The translations under genes were made by a program, and so were the position numbers. From an uncultured Coprococcus sp. (GTDB lineage: Bacteria > Bacillota > Clostridia > Lachnospirales > Lachnospiraceae): a stretch of DNA of 64,000 nucleotides. Under the pieces are notes generated by a model. It did not search any database. It saw only the letters and a list, made by a program, of their open reading frames with translations, and was not told the DNA's origin. The stretch lies in assembly GCA_902461735.1 (NCBI GenBank), contig CABPYV010000007.1, forward strand, positions 96,471 through 160,470, in the 5' to 3' direction. Positions 40,601 to 52,812 of the stretch are shown here, in pieces. Position 1 is the stretch's first letter; every line of letters starts with the position of its first letter.

Positions 40601-41934
40601 TATTTATTTCCTCCCTTATCATTGCTATTGTTCTGATACTTAAGCATTATATTTGCTTTTGATCCTATACTGCCTGGTTTATAAGTAACATTCTTTTTCT
40701 TCTCTATGTCATCACCATCAACATTAACTGAATGTGCTGGATTGACATAGCTCTTAAGTCTTGAAGAAGCCATCTTGTTGATATTCTCTGACTGGCTATT
40801 ATCTGTTGATGTATTGCCATTCTGAGCATCCATCATTCTTTCATAGAATGACTTTTTATCCGGATTCTTCTTCTTTGCCTGCTTTTTAGCAGCCTTTTCA
40901 GCACACTTTGCAAGCAGCTCATCCTTATCCTGATGATTATAATAAGCATCAACTATGAGCTGAGATATTATCATAATAACAGAACCAACTATCCAGTAAA
41001 GACCGATAGCTATAGGAAGTGTTATACAGAATATAAGTGACATGATAGGCATGTAGTACATCATACCCTTCATCATGTTGTTGGCTGTCTGCTGATTGCT
41101 ATCCATGTTGCTGTTCTGTGATGACTTCATGGATATCTTTGTCTGTAAGAACTGCAGGAGAGCAGAGGCAATAGGAACTATCAAAGCTATTGAAAGTTTC
41201 CATCCCGGCGCATCTGCAATATTTAATCCAAACAAAAACTGATTCATGTTGTGGAACTGATCAACATAGCTTGCGAGATCAGCATTACCTGTAAGATCAA
41301 GATTAGCTATCAGCTTATCCCAATCACTCTTAGAAAACTTATCAAGCACATCAATGATCTGATTCTTTGTAGGATCATCACCCATCTGTTTCAATGCCAT
41401 TGTAACTGTGCTTACCTTCGATTCACCTGCTACATCACTTATAGCCTTGACATAATCTGTCTTAGTACTCAGTATCTCTACAATCTTTCCGTAGGTCTTT
41501 GTCATTGATGGAACATACGCAGGTATGTTCTGGATAACTCTGTACAGACCGTAAAATATAGGTAACTGTATAAGTGAAGTCAGACATCCTGATGCCATGC
41601 TGACACCATATTTCTTCTGGATTCTCTGAGTTTCCTGCTGCTGTTTCATCACAGATTCCTGATCAGTCTTGCCTTTATATTTCTTTGTTGCCTTAGCAAT
41701 CTCAGGCTGGATGAAACTCATGATCTTACTTGATCTCTGCTGTTTGAAATAAAGTGGGAACAGTGCACCTCTCAGTACAAATGTAAACAAAATAACACAT
41801 ACGCTGAGATTTACATATGTGAATCCCATATGGCTTCCTAAAAATCCAACGAACATATAAATCCAATTGAATATCTTACCAAGCAGCCAACAGACTGGTC
41901 CGAGTATCATACCATCTTCTCTTGTTAGAAACAT
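40600..41934 (-). CDS. yidC: YidC/Oxa1-family membrane protein insertase with a ~150-aa Asn/Ser/Lys-rich C-terminal extension.
   Basis: Synteny (rnpA-yidD-yidC-jag). TM core. The C-terminal basic tail KKQAKKKNPDKK... is low complexity. Confidence 0.8.
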   Translation of the reverse strand: MFLTREDGMILGPVCWLLGKIFNWIYMFVGFLGSHMGFTYVNLSVCVILFTFVLRGALFPLYFKQQRSSKIMSFIQPEIAKATKKYKGKTDQESVMKQQQETQRIQKKYGVSMASGCLTSLIQLPIFYGLYRVIQNIPAYVPSMTKTYGKIVEILSTKTDYVKAISDVAGESKVSTVTMALKQMGDDPTKNQIIDVLDKFSKSDWDKLIANLDLTGNADLASYVDQFHNMNQFLFGLNIADAPGWKLSIALIVPIASALLQFLQTKISMKSSQNSNMDSNQQTANNMMKGMMYYMPIMSLIFCITLPIAIGLYWIVGSVIMIISQLIVDAYYNHQDKDELLAKCAEKAAKKQAKKKNPDKKSFYERMMDAQNGNTSTDNSQSENINKMASSRLKSYVNPAHSVNVDGDDIEKKKNVTYKPGSIGSKANIMLKYQNNSNDKGGNK

Positions 41935-41945
41935 AATTTTCTCCT

Positions 41946-42158
41946 TTATGGAACTGGATCATATCCTCCTTTTGAAAAAGGATTGCATCTAAGTATCCTC
42001 CATACTGCAAGGAGACCACCTTTTAAAACTCCATACTTTTCGATAGCCTCAATTGCATACTGCGAACAAGTAGGAAAATACTTGCAGGTAGCATGTCCCT
42101 TAAGTGGTGACAAATACTTCCTGTAAAATCTGATTAAACCTATAAATATTTTTTTCAT
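41946..42158 (-). CDS. yidD: Membrane protein insertion efficiency factor YidD.
   Basis: 70 aa, motif [11 protein letters not shown]. Confidence 0.9.
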   Translation of the reverse strand: MKKIFIGLIRFYRKYLSPLKGHATCKYFPTCSQYAIEAIEKYGVLKGGLLAVWRILRCNPFSKGGYDPVP

Positions 42159-42162
42159 CTTA

Positions 42163-42504
42163 TTACCCTATGTGGCTTATCTTTTTTAATCCACACAAAT
42201 GCATCAAAGCACTCTCAATGTCCTGACATTTTTTATCCTTTGATGCCGGCCTGGCTACTATAACTATGTCATAGCCAACATCAATATTTGCTCTGTTTAA
42301 TCGATAAGCTTCTCTAATCAATCTGGTTACTCTGTGTCTTACCACACTGTTACCAACTTTCTTACTAACAGAGATTCCGAGTCTGTTGTAATCTAAGCCG
42401 TTGCTTCTCAGATACATAACTAAATATTTATTGGCTACCGAATTTCTTGTGTTATAAACACTGCCAAACTCTCTGCTGTTTTTTAATGAAATTACTTTAC
42501 TCAT
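42163..42504 (-). CDS. rnpA: RNase P protein component. Start at MSKVISLKN; the ORF track extends to 42579.
   Basis: RNR-like basic motif [15 protein letters not shown]. Synteny after rpmH. Confidence 0.85.
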   Translation of the reverse strand: MSKVISLKNSREFGSVYNTRNSVANKYLVMYLRSNGLDYNRLGISVSKKVGNSVVRHRVTRLIREAYRLNRANIDVGYDIVIVARPASKDKKCQDIESALMHLCGLKKISHIG

Positions 42505-42655
42505 TGTGTAACCACCGAAACTTTGATTATTAGAAAAACTGTTGCTGTGACCATCATATATAAAACACATACCACTCACAAATATACATATATACTGAAA
42601 GTGCTCAGCGCGTTATGTTTCATATACTATAAAAAAAGGTCACAACCATGTGACC

Positions 42656-42790
42656 TTACGCTGATAATTTCTTTCTTCCCTTAGCTCTTCTAGCGGCCAG
42701 TACCTTTCTGCCATTAGCAGTACTCATTCTCTTTCTAAAGCCGTGAACCTTAGATCTCTGTCTCTTCTTAGGCTGGAATGTCATCTTCAT
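42656..42790 (-). CDS. rpmH: 50S ribosomal protein L34 (44 aa; below the ORF-track cutoff).
   Basis: Manual translation [55 protein letters not shown] hairpin plus T-run (GGTCACATGGTTGTGACCTTTTTTT) lies between rpmH and rnpA. Confidence 0.9.
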   Translation of the reverse strand: MKMTFQPKKRQRSKVHGFRKRMSTANGRKVLAARRAKGRKKLSA

Positions 42791-43028
42791 TACAAAACAC
42801 CTCCTTCTTTACAAATTTACCTGCCTATTATAAATAAAAGCACCATGTCAGTCAAGTGTTTTTTGCCGTTTTTGCTAGATTTTATAAGGTTTTCAGCCTT
42901 TATTAGGTAAAGGTGACAAGTTTTCTGAAATCATTTTGGTGTACACAATATTATTAATCACAAAATGTTGTGTTTGTAGATATTATTCACTTTTTTTTAA
43001 TCATATTATTTATTTGCTTTACATAATG

Positions 43029-43420
43029 TTATCAACAATTTGTTGTTAACTTGTGGATAATTATTTGTTTTCATTTGATTCATTTTTAAAAAACGGCTAT
43101 TTTACTAGGTTTTTTGCTGTTTATAAGTATTTGTTTATTACTACATAACTATTTACATAACTACTATTTTTGAATAAATTTTAAGCAATATTCAACATTT
43201 TCACTTTTTTCTAATCATCATTTTTCTTATTTACATAATGTTATCAACAAAATGTTATTAACTTGTTGATAACTGTTATTTATTTTTTTGATAATTCATA
43301 AAAATCCTTGTTTTTTCAAGGTTTTATATGTTTATATATATTTTTTCTCATTTTTGGCGTTATTAACATAATAATTATTATGGATTTATCTTATCAACTT
43401 TATCCACATAGTTATCAACA
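43029..43420. promoter_or_regulatory. oriC, upstream (dnaA-proximal) DnaA-box cluster.
   Basis: TTATCCACA at 43400, TGTGGATAA at 43052, and TTATCAACA / TGTTGATAA variants at 43029, 43241, 43264, 43391 and 43412. AT-rich context. Confidence 0.8.
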
Positions 43421-43648
43421 CCTGATGTTTATTATATTTTTACAAAATTAAGCATAAGCTGTATTTTTTTGTTATTCGAATTTTTACCCATATTACGTGT
43501 ACCTAACCGTAGAATATCAAAAAATGAAAACAAGACTAATTTAAAAGTTTTTAGGCTTAATATGCTTGAAATAGCACTATGTTTATTATAAAATATATTA
43601 GTATTATTAATAATAGGAAGAAATATTTTTTGAGGAAGGTTTTTTACA

Positions 43649-45013
43649 ATGAAAGACGCAATTTTAGCCAAGTGGAATAATATATTAGATATTCTTGAGA
43701 ATGAGCATGGCATTTCTCATATTATGATTCACACATGGATAAAGCCTCTAAAAGTTTACTCTGTTGAAGATAACAAGGTATATTTCACTTTGGATGAAAA
43801 ATATGGTCAAAGGGGCATTGAATTTCTCAAAAAAAAGTTATTCGATATTTATCTTGAAACCGTTCTCAGAGAACTTTTTCAGGACGATTCTATTCAGGTC
43901 ATATTTACCCTTGAAAGCATTATGAAAGAAGAGGAAAAGATGCCTACTTACACAGAAGATTACAATGAGTTGATCAGTAAGAGCAATCTTCGTCCAGACT
44001 ATACATTTGAAAATTTTATTGTAGGAGAAAGTAATAAGCATGCACATGCAACATGTCTTGCAGTTGCTGATTCACCTGGACAGGACAAGTTTAACCCTCT
44101 TTTTCTGTATGGAGGTTCAGGTCTTGGAAAGACTCACCTTATGCAGTCTATCGCGCATTACATACTTCAGCACAATAATAATATGAAGGTTCTCTATGTA
44201 CCTTCTAACAAATTTACAAACGAAATAATTGAAGCCATTGCAAAGAATAAAACCGAAGAATTTCGTAATAAATATAGAACTGTTGATGTTCTGCTTATAG
44301 ACGATATACAGTATTTAATAGGAAAGGAAAGTACACAGCAGGAGTTTTTCGATACTTTTAATGCTCTCCATGACAAAGGAAAACAGATAATTCTTTCATC
44401 CGATAAACCTCCAAAAGAGATTAAATCATTAGATGAGAGATTTCGTTCAAGATTTGAATGGGGTGTTCCTATTGATATACATGCCCCTGATTACGAAACC
44501 CGTATGGCTATCCTTAAAAACAAAGCTGAGATGAAGGGACTTAAGAATATCAGCGAATCTATATTTGAATATATTGCCAATAATATAACTTACAATGTAA
44601 GGGAACTGGAGGGAGCACTCAACAAGCTCAGTATTTACTCTGAACTTGGAGATATAAAACTTACAGATGAACTGGCAAAAAATGTTCTTAAAGATTTTAT
44701 ATCAAAGGATGAGAAGATAACCATCACCCCTGATCTTATAATCAATACAGTGTCCGAGCACCTTAACATATCAGTAAATGATATCAAATCAACAAAAAGA
44801 AGTCAGGACATTGCCAATGCACGTCAGATATCTATGTATCTATGTAGAAAATTTACTGACAAAGGATTGAAGAGTATAGGAGATGCGTTTGGAGGTAAAG
44901 ATCACTCAACCGTTCACAGTAATATTCAAAAGGTTGAAGATAAGATCGATAAGGACCCTGAATTTGCAGAGATGGTTGATGTTATCATAAAAAAACTCAA
45001 TCCTCAAAAATAA
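43649..45013 (+). CDS. dnaA: Chromosomal replication initiator protein DnaA.
   Basis: 454 aa. Walker A GGSGLGKTHL. C-terminal DNA-binding motif. Confidence 0.95.
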   Translation: MKDAILAKWNNILDILENEHGISHIMIHTWIKPLKVYSVEDNKVYFTLDEKYGQRGIEFLKKKLFDIYLETVLRELFQDDSIQVIFTLESIMKEEEKMPTYTEDYNELISKSNLRPDYTFENFIVGESNKHAHATCLAVADSPGQDKFNPLFLYGGSGLGKTHLMQSIAHYILQHNNNMKVLYVPSNKFTNEIIEAIAKNKTEEFRNKYRTVDVLLIDDIQYLIGKESTQQEFFDTFNALHDKGKQIILSSDKPPKEIKSLDERFRSRFEWGVPIDIHAPDYETRMAILKNKAEMKGLKNISESIFEYIANNITYNVRELEGALNKLSIYSELGDIKLTDELAKNVLKDFISKDEKITITPDLIINTVSEHLNISVNDIKSTKRSQDIANARQISMYLCRKFTDKGLKSIGDAFGGKDHSTVHSNIQKVEDKIDKDPEFAEMVDVIIKKLNPQK

Positions 45014-45066
45014 AATATAATGAAAATAAAATTATTAATGTAATTATGATAGATGTTGAATGATAA

Positions 45067-45420
45067 TTATCCACATTTTTTCATTTTTTTGTTAATAATT
45101 GTGGATAACCTACCATGTATAAGTTGTTTATATTTTTTTATTTTATGTTTGTTAGATGTTGTTAAATACCTGATAATAAAAATCATAGAATTTTTATTGA
45201 TTTTAGGATGTTGATATTTACATGATTTATAAACACGTTCAAAAAGATTATTAACATGGACACATAATTGTCAAACCATTGATTTTAAAGGGCATTTTGA
45301 TGTTTCAACACTATCAAAACTACTACTACTACTACTTCTATTTTGTTTAATTAATATATACATGGCACTGCACGTTGATTTGTTTATCAACACAATCTTT
45401 TACATTTACAATCAAATCTG
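45067..45420. promoter_or_regulatory. oriC, dnaA-dnaN intergenic part: inverted DnaA boxes TTATCCACA (45067) and TGTGGATAA (45100) followed by an AT-rich putative unwinding region.
   Basis: Direct reading. Typical bipartite Firmicute origin. Confidence 0.75.
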
Positions 45421-45445
45421 AGATATGAAAGGAGTTTTACTTACA

Positions 45446-46552
45446 ATGAAGATTACTGTAAGTCAAAGAAATCTAATTGAAGGAATTAATATAGTTTCAA
45501 AAGCCGTATCTAATAAAACAACTCATCCCATATTATCTTGTATACTTGTTGAAGCCGTAGGTGGAGTTATCAAGCTTACTGCCAATGATATGGAGATAGG
45601 AATAGAAAGTTATATAGATGGTACAGTGATAGAAGAAGGTAAAGTTGCTCTTGAAGCTAAGCTTTTTTCAGATCTTATAAGAAAGCTTCCTGAGAGTGAG
45701 ATAGTTCTCCAAAGTGATAAGGAAAACAAGACTACTATAATGTGTGAAAAGAACAAGCATGATATCTATGGTAAATCAGGAAATGATTTTTCAAGTCTTC
45801 CTGTTGTATCAAAGGACAAATGTATTACAATTTCACAGTTTATACTTAAGGAAGTAATAAAGCAGACTATTTTTTCAATATCAGACAATGAGAATAATAA
45901 GCTCATGACAGGTGAGTTATTTGAAGTATCAAATAACAGACTCAGTGTAGTATCTCTTGATGGACACAGAATATCAATCAGATATATAGATCTTAAGGGT
46001 GACAATTCTGATATTAAAGTAGTTGTTCCTGGAAAGTCACTCAGCGACTTAAGTAAGATAATGAACGGTGGAGTTGATGATCCGGTAAATATCTATTTCA
46101 GTGATAATAATATACAGTTTGAATTTGATAACACAAAAGTTGTATCTCGTCTTATAGAGGGTGAGTATTTCAGAATAAGTCATATGCTCTCAGTCGATTA
46201 TCAGATAAAGATGAGAATTAATAAAAAAGAGTTTCTTGACAGTTTGGATAGATCAACTATCTATATAAAGGATTCTGACAAAAAGCCAATCAGGCTAAAC
46301 ATTGAAGATCATACTCTTGGTTTAAAACTTAGTTCACTGAACGGTTCTTTGAACGAAGAGATAGATATTGATAAAGAGGGAAATAATCTTGTAATAGGAT
46401 TTAATCCTAAACTTATCATGGATGCATTGAAAGTTATAGATGATGAGAATGTTACAGTTTATTTCAATAATACAAAATCTCCATGTGTCATCAAAGATGA
46501 TGCAGAAAGCTATATTTATCTGATTCTTCCAATGGGTATCAATGAAGAATAA
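45446..46552 (+). CDS. dnaN: DNA polymerase III beta sliding clamp. Start at MKITVSQ, which has an AAAGGAG RBS; the ORF track gives 45425.
   Basis: ~368 aa. Synteny, and a beta-clamp N-terminus (MKITVSQRNLIEGINIVSKAVS). Confidence 0.92.
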   Translation: MKITVSQRNLIEGINIVSKAVSNKTTHPILSCILVEAVGGVIKLTANDMEIGIESYIDGTVIEEGKVALEAKLFSDLIRKLPESEIVLQSDKENKTTIMCEKNKHDIYGKSGNDFSSLPVVSKDKCITISQFILKEVIKQTIFSISDNENNKLMTGELFEVSNNRLSVVSLDGHRISIRYIDLKGDNSDIKVVVPGKSLSDLSKIMNGGVDDPVNIYFSDNNIQFEFDNTKVVSRLIEGEYFRISHMLSVDYQIKMRINKKEFLDSLDRSTIYIKDSDKKPIRLNIEDHTLGLKLSSLNGSLNEEIDIDKEGNNLVIGFNPKLIMDALKVIDDENVTVYFNNTKSPCVIKDDAESYIYLILPMGINEE

Positions 46553-46688
46553 AATCTTGATTATCATTTGAACAGAGAAATGAACAAATAGATAATCAAA
46601 TTTTGAGTAAAAAAGTGAACAAAATTAACCAGATAAGTGGATAGATAAGAAAAAGAGATAAGGAAAAAAGATAAGGAAATAAGATAAG

Positions 46689-46898
46689 ATGGAGATAATT
46701 AAATTAAGAGATGAATTTATAAAACTTGGTCAGGCACTTAAAGCTGCAGGGCTGGTTGAATCCGGAGTTGAGGCTAAAGAGTATATAGTTCAGGGTCTGG
46801 TTGTGGTAAACGGAGAGGTTGAGACCAGACGTGGAAGAAAGCTTTACGACGGAGATGAAGTAGAATTTGATGGTGATAAGATAAGTATCCAGAAGTAA
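46689..46898 (+). CDS. yaaA: S4-domain RNA-binding protein YaaA.
   Basis: 69 aa. Position between dnaN and recF. Confidence 0.8.
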   Translation: MEIIKLRDEFIKLGQALKAAGLVESGVEAKEYIVQGLVVVNGEVETRRGRKLYDGDEVEFDGDKISIQK

Positions 46899-46931
46899 TT
46901 ATCTATATTACCAGAGCAGTTGGTGAGAAAT

Positions 46932-48029
46932 ATGTATATAGAGTCTATAGAACTTAACAATTATAGAAATTACAGACAGGTAAAAGTAGAATTTGGAAAA
47001 AATACAAATATTCTCTATGGCAATAATGCTCAGGGAAAAACTAATATTCTTGAATCTATATACATGGCAGCCACCACAAAGTCTCATAGGGGAACAAAAG
47101 ATAGAGATATAATAAAAATCGGTGAAGACGAAAGTCATATAAGATTATTTATTCAAAAAAGAGAAATATCTCATAAAATAGACATGCACCTAAGAAAAAA
47201 TAAAAATAAGGGAGTGGCTATTGATGGAATTGCCATAAAAAGGGCTGCGGAATTGTATGGACTTCTCAACGTTATATTTTTTTCCCCGGAGGATCTGTCA
47301 ATCATAAAAAATGGGCCGGCAGAGAGAAGAAGATTTATGGATCTTGAATTGTGCCAGATAAGCAGGCTGTATTATCAAAATCTGGCATCGTACAATAAGA
47401 TACTCAATCAGCGTAATAATTTGTTAAAACAGATATATTATAACAAAAGTCTCATAGATACACTGGATGTGTGGAATATGCAGCTGGTGGATTATGGTTC
47501 CAGAATCATAAAAGAGCGAAGAAATTTTATAGAGATGATGAATGATATCATCGGTGAGATTCATAACAGACTTACCGGCGGCAGGGAAAAGCTTGAGATT
47601 GTTTATGAATACAACGTGAATGAGGATAAATTTGAAGAAGTTCTCCAGGAAAAACTTGAAACAGACATGAGGTATTCCAGTACACAGGTTGGTCCACACA
47701 GGGATGATATAAGTTTTCTCATAAATGGCATAGATGCGAGAAAGTATGGTTCACAGGGACAACAGAGGACCGTTGCACTTTCACTCAAGATGGCGGAGAT
47801 AAAACTTGTAAAAAAGATAATCAATGATAATCCCATATTGCTTCTGGATGATGTCATGAGTGAATTGGATACTGACAGAAGAAACGCATTGATTGATGAG
47901 ATAAAAGATATTCAGACAATTATAACTTGTACTGGTTATGATGAATTTATAAAAGAGCAGGTAATAATAAACAATGTTTATAGTGTGGTGGATGGAACGG
48001 CCACCAGGGTAAGAACGGAGGAAGAGTAA
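46932..48029 (+). CDS. recF: DNA replication and repair protein RecF. Start at [13 protein letters not shown]; the ORF track starts at TTG 46920.
   Basis: Walker [15 protein letters not shown] and the typical N-terminus. Confidence 0.92.
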   Translation: MYIESIELNNYRNYRQVKVEFGKNTNILYGNNAQGKTNILESIYMAATTKSHRGTKDRDIIKIGEDESHIRLFIQKREISHKIDMHLRKNKNKGVAIDGIAIKRAAELYGLLNVIFFSPEDLSIIKNGPAERRRFMDLELCQISRLYYQNLASYNKILNQRNNLLKQIYYNKSLIDTLDVWNMQLVDYGSRIIKERRNFIEMMNDIIGEIHNRLTGGREKLEIVYEYNVNEDKFEEVLQEKLETDMRYSSTQVGPHRDDISFLINGIDARKYGSQGQQRTVALSLKMAEIKLVKKIINDNPILLLDDVMSELDTDRRNALIDEIKDIQTIITCTGYDEFIKEQVIINNVYSVVDGTATRVRTEEE

Positions 48030-48031
48030 CA

Positions 48032-49951
48032 ATGGAAAATGATAATTATGGAGCAGAACAGATACAGGTTCTGGAGGGACTGGAAGCAGTCAGAAAAAGA
48101 CCTGGTATGTACATAGGAAGTACCTCTTCCACTGGACTTCACCATCTCGTATATGAGATAGTTGACAATTCTGTAGATGAGGCTCTGGCTGGATATTGTA
48201 CCCACATTCAGGTATATATAAACGAGGATAACTCCATAACAGTTGTCGATGATGGACGAGGAATTCCGGTTGGAATACACAAAAAACAGGGAATTCCTGC
48301 TGTAGAGGTTGTATTTACCATACTTCATGCCGGTGGTAAGTTCGGCGGTGGAGGATACAAGGTATCCGGAGGACTTCACGGTGTTGGTGCATCAGTAGTA
48401 AATGCACTCTCAACATGGCTTGAGGTAGAAATAACAAGGGATGGAAAGATATATAAACAGAGGTATGAAAAGGGAAAGGTAATGTATAAGCTTAAGGTTA
48501 TTGGTGATGCACCTGAAGGGGCATCAGGAACCAAGGTTACATTTTTACCTGATCATACTATATTTGAGGATAATGTATATGATTACGATATTCTCAGAAA
48601 CAGACTTCGCGAGATGGCATTTCTTACAAAGGGACTTAAGATATCACTTACGGATAAGAGAATTACACCTGAAAAGGTAAGATCATTCCACTATGAGGGT
48701 GGTATCAAGGAATTTGTCTCATATCTGAACAGACATAGAGATCCTCTGTACAATGAGGTTATATATTGTGAGGGTATGAGAGATGGAATCAGTGTAGAGG
48801 TTGCACTTCAGCACAATGATTCATACAATGAATCGACATACAGCTTTGTAAATAATATCAACACACCTGAGGGAGGAACACATCTGACAGGATTTAAGTC
48901 AGCTATAACAAAGGTGTTCAATGACTATGCCAGAAAGAATAACATCATAAAAGAAAAGGATGACAATCTGTCTGGAGATGATCTCAGAGAGGGACTTGCA
49001 GCTATAGTTTCAATAAAGATAAGTGATCCACAGTTTGAGGGTCAGACAAAGCAGAAGCTTGGAAATTCTGAGGCAAGACCAGCTGTTGAGAGTGTTGTTA
49101 CAGAGCAGCTCACATATTATCTTGAACAGAATCCTCAGACTGCTAAGATAATTGTTAATAAGGCGGCACTTGCACAGAGAGCGAGAATCGCAGCGAGAAA
49201 GGCAAGGGATGTTGCAAGAAAGGCAAATCTTTCAGACAACATGGCACTTCCTGGAAAGCTTGCAGATTGTTCTGACAAGGATCCAAAGAACTGTGAAATC
49301 TATATAGTCGAGGGAGATTCTGCCGGTGGTTCAGCCAAGACAGCAAGATCAAGAGCAACTCAGGCGATACTTCCACTTCGTGGTAAGATACTGAATGTTG
49401 AGAAGGCAAGAATTGACAGGATACTCGGAAATGAAGAGATCAAAGCTATGATCACTGCATTTGGAACTGGTATCCATGAGAATTTTAATATAGACAAACT
49501 TAGATATAACAAGATAATAATCATGACTGATGCCGATGTGGATGGAGCTCATATTGCAACATTGCTGCTTACATTCTTCTACAGATTCATGCCTGATCTT
49601 ATCAGAAAGGGGCATGTATATCTGGCACAGCCTCCTCTCTACAAGCTGGAAAAAAACAAGAAGGAATGGTATGCATACAGTGATGATGAACTAAACAATA
49701 TCCTTGATGAAGTTGGAAGAGACCAGAATAATAAGATACAGAGATACAAAGGTCTTGGTGAGATGGATGCAGAACAGCTCTGGGAGACAACCATGGATCC
49801 TGAGAAAAGAATTCTTCTTCGTGTAGCCATCGATGATGATGACGAGTCAGAAATAGATATGACATTTAATGTGCTCATGGGTGATAAGGTTGAGCCACGT
49901 CGTGAATTTATAGAGACAAATGCCAAGTATGTAAAGAATCTCGATGTATAA
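48032..49951 (+). CDS. gyrB: DNA gyrase subunit B.
   Basis: 639 aa. GHKL, TOPRIM and EGDSAGGS motifs. Confidence 0.96.
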   Translation: MENDNYGAEQIQVLEGLEAVRKRPGMYIGSTSSTGLHHLVYEIVDNSVDEALAGYCTHIQVYINEDNSITVVDDGRGIPVGIHKKQGIPAVEVVFTILHAGGKFGGGGYKVSGGLHGVGASVVNALSTWLEVEITRDGKIYKQRYEKGKVMYKLKVIGDAPEGASGTKVTFLPDHTIFEDNVYDYDILRNRLREMAFLTKGLKISLTDKRITPEKVRSFHYEGGIKEFVSYLNRHRDPLYNEVIYCEGMRDGISVEVALQHNDSYNESTYSFVNNINTPEGGTHLTGFKSAITKVFNDYARKNNIIKEKDDNLSGDDLREGLAAIVSIKISDPQFEGQTKQKLGNSEARPAVESVVTEQLTYYLEQNPQTAKIIVNKAALAQRARIAARKARDVARKANLSDNMALPGKLADCSDKDPKNCEIYIVEGDSAGGSAKTARSRATQAILPLRGKILNVEKARIDRILGNEEIKAMITAFGTGIHENFNIDKLRYNKIIIMTDADVDGAHIATLLLTFFYRFMPDLIRKGHVYLAQPPLYKLEKNKKEWYAYSDDELNNILDEVGRDQNNKIQRYKGLGEMDAEQLWETTMDPEKRILLRVAIDDDDESEIDMTFNVLMGDKVEPRREFIETNAKYVKNLDV

Positions 49952-49983
49952 ATAAAATATCGAGAGAAAGGAAAATCTAAAAA

Positions 49984-52602
49984 ATGGATGACGATAAGAT
50001 TTTTGATAAAATAGATGAAGTTGGTCTGAAAAAAACAATGGAGCGTTCATACATAGACTATGCCATGAGTGTTATAGCAGCAAGAGCACTTCCGGATGTA
50101 AGAGATGGACTTAAGCCTGTTCAGAGAAGAATACTTCATTCTATGAATGAACTTAAAAATGGACCTGACAAGCCACATCGTAAGTGTGCCCGTATCGTCG
50201 GTGATACAATGGGTAAATATCATCCACATGGTGATAGTTCAATATATGAAGCACTTGTAAAACTGGCTCAGGAATGGAATACAAGATATCCGCTTGTTGA
50301 TGGACATGGAAACTTCGGTTCTGTGGATGGCGACCATGCAGCTGCTATGCGATATACAGAGGCAAGACTTTCCAAGATATCTACGGAGATGATGGCTGAT
50401 ATCGGTAAAAATACAGTTGATTTTATAGATAACTTTGATGGAACAGAGAGTGAACCTGTGGTACTTCCATCACGTTATCCTAACCTATTGGTAAATGGTA
50501 CATCAGGTATAGCAGTAGGTATGGCTACCAATATTCCACCACATAATTTAAAGGAAACCATCAATGCAGCCATCAGAATTATTGATAACAGAGTTGAAGA
50601 AGGCCGTGAAACAGACATAGATGAACTGATGGAGATAGTGAAGGGACCTGATTTTCCTACAGGTGCCCAGATACTGGGAAGACAGGGGATAAGTGATGCA
50701 TACAAAACCGGAAGAGGTAAGATAAAAGTACGTGCTGTCACAGAAATCGAAACAATGAATAACGGAAAACACCGCATTATTGTAACCGAACTTCCATATA
50801 TGGTTAATAAATCTCTTCTCATAAAGAATATAGCAGATCTTGTAAAAAATAAGAGAATAGATGGAATCACAGATATAAGAGATGAGTCGTCAAGAGAAGG
50901 AATGAGAGTTGTCATTGAACTTAGAAAGGATGTAAATGCAAATGTAATACTCAATCAGCTTTTCAAGCATACTCAGCTTCAGGATACATTTGGATGTATT
51001 ATGCTTGCACTTGTAGATGGAGTTCCTAAGATACTCAATCTAAAGGATATGCTCACATACTATCTGAAGCATCAGGAAGATGTGGTTTTAAGAAGAACAA
51101 AATATGATCTCGATAAGGCTGAGAGCAGAGTTCACGTATTAAAAGGTTACCTCATAGCTTTGGATAACATAGATGAGGTAATATCGATCATCAGAAGTTC
51201 AAAGAACGTTAGAGAGGCAAAGACAAGACTCATTGAAAGATTTGAACTTACTGAGATTCAGGCAAATGCCATAGTTGATATGCAGCTTCGTGCTCTTACA
51301 GGTTTGGAGAGAGAGAAGATAGAGAATGAATATAATGAACTCATGGCTAAGATAGAAGAGTATAAAGCAATAATTGCTGATAAGAACAAGCTTCTCGGTG
51401 TTATCAAGACAGAGCTTGCTGCGATAGCAGATAAGTACGGAGATGAGAGAAGAACGTCAATATCAGCATACTCAGATGATATAACAGACGAGGAGCTCAT
51501 CAAGAGAGAAGAGATAGTTATCTCCATGACAAAGCTTGGATATATCAAGAGAATGCCAAAGGATACATTCAAGGTACAAAACAGAGGTGGTAAGGGAATA
51601 AAGGGAATGAATATCATCGATAACGATATCATTGATGAGATATTCCTGACAAATACCCATAATTTCATAATGTTCTTCACCAACATGGGAAGAGTGTATA
51701 GGATGAAGGGATATGAGATACCAGAATCAGGACGTAACGCAAGAGGAGTTGCCATAGTAAATCTTCTCCAGCTTCTTCCAAACGAAAAGGTAACAGCTAT
51801 CATACCTATAGCAGGCTTTGACAAGAGATACCTTATTATGGCTACAAAGAATGGAATAGTCAAAAAAACAAAGATAGAAGCATTTGAAAATATCAGAAAG
51901 ACAGGTCTGGCGGCTATAACACTGAATGATGGGGATGAACTCATAGAGGTAAAGGCAACCAGCGGAGAAAATGATATTTTCCTTGTGACAAAGAAGGGAA
52001 TGTGCATCAGGTTCAATGAGAACTGTGTGAGAGATACTGGACGTACATCCATGGGTGTGCGTGGAATCAGATGTGATAAGAGTGATGAAGTTATCGCTAT
52101 GCAGTTGGATGTTCAGGGAGAAGAGATTCTCTTTGTAACAGCAAACGGTATGGGTAAGAGAACTGAACTGTCAGAATTTTCTCCTCAGATGAGAGGCGGC
52201 AAGGGTGTCAAGTGTTACAAGATAACCAAAAAGACAGGTGATATAGTAAGTGCAAAAGCAGTTACAAATGATCACGATATCATGATGATGACCAACGAGG
52301 GAATCATGATAAGAATGCATTGCTCTGATATAACAGTCATTGGCAGAATTACATCGGGAGTCAAGCTTATGAATGTTGGCAATGGTGCATTTGTTGCATC
52401 TGTAGCTAAGCTGGCAAGAAGCAATGAAGAAGAATCTGCGGATGAAGATGTAAATGAAGAAAGTGAAGAATCTGAAAGCACCGATACAGCGGATGGTGAT
52501 GTACAAGATACAGACTCAAATATGATAGATTCAAATACAGTAGATGAAAATACAGTAGATGAAAATACAGATTTTGATGACAATGAGTCTGAAGATGAAT
52601 AA
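49984..52602 (+). CDS. gyrA: DNA gyrase subunit A, with an acidic low-complexity C-terminal tail.
   Basis: 872 aa. Catalytic region [14 protein letters not shown]-like region HPHGDSS. Confidence 0.96.
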   Translation: MDDDKIFDKIDEVGLKKTMERSYIDYAMSVIAARALPDVRDGLKPVQRRILHSMNELKNGPDKPHRKCARIVGDTMGKYHPHGDSSIYEALVKLAQEWNTRYPLVDGHGNFGSVDGDHAAAMRYTEARLSKISTEMMADIGKNTVDFIDNFDGTESEPVVLPSRYPNLLVNGTSGIAVGMATNIPPHNLKETINAAIRIIDNRVEEGRETDIDELMEIVKGPDFPTGAQILGRQGISDAYKTGRGKIKVRAVTEIETMNNGKHRIIVTELPYMVNKSLLIKNIADLVKNKRIDGITDIRDESSREGMRVVIELRKDVNANVILNQLFKHTQLQDTFGCIMLALVDGVPKILNLKDMLTYYLKHQEDVVLRRTKYDLDKAESRVHVLKGYLIALDNIDEVISIIRSSKNVREAKTRLIERFELTEIQANAIVDMQLRALTGLEREKIENEYNELMAKIEEYKAIIADKNKLLGVIKTELAAIADKYGDERRTSISAYSDDITDEELIKREEIVISMTKLGYIKRMPKDTFKVQNRGGKGIKGMNIIDNDIIDEIFLTNTHNFIMFFTNMGRVYRMKGYEIPESGRNARGVAIVNLLQLLPNEKVTAIIPIAGFDKRYLIMATKNGIVKKTKIEAFENIRKTGLAAITLNDGDELIEVKATSGENDIFLVTKKGMCIRFNENCVRDTGRTSMGVRGIRCDKSDEVIAMQLDVQGEEILFVTANGMGKRTELSEFSPQMRGGKGVKCYKITKKTGDIVSAKAVTNDHDIMMMTNEGIMIRMHCSDITVIGRITSGVKLMNVGNGAFVASVAKLARSNEEESADEDVNEESEESESTDTADGDVQDTDSNMIDSNTVDENTVDENTDFDDNESEDE

Positions 52603-52680
52603 AATACAGATTCAGATGAAACAGATCAGTAATAAATAATACAGATTGATAGATAAAATTAAAAATATCTAAAAGTAATA

Positions 52681-52720
52681 AAAGGGTGTATTGTCAAAAT
52701 TAAGGCAATACACCCTTTTG
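52681..52720 (+). terminator. Rho-independent terminator after gyrA.
   Basis: AAAGGGTGTATTG-loop-CAATACACCCTTTTG. Confidence 0.8.
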
Positions 52721-52812
52721 CTGATTGTACGCATATAACGGTTATGATATAATTATTTTTAATGGGAGCAGGTATAATTTTTATTATAGATAAACAGTTG
52801 GGGGTAATAAGA

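Noticed and set aside
42800-43648. Coding potential in the 850-bp region upstream of dnaA.
   Set aside because: No ORF of at least 60 aa. The region is AT-rich with DnaA boxes and is interpreted as oriC.
51258-52052. 264-aa ORF on the - strand.
   Set aside because: It is antisense to gyrA and is spurious.
52440-52602. The GyrA C-terminal repeated [13 protein letters not shown] acidic tail as a separate feature.
   Set aside because: It is a low-complexity acidic tail, common in GyrA. It is only noted, not called as a feature.
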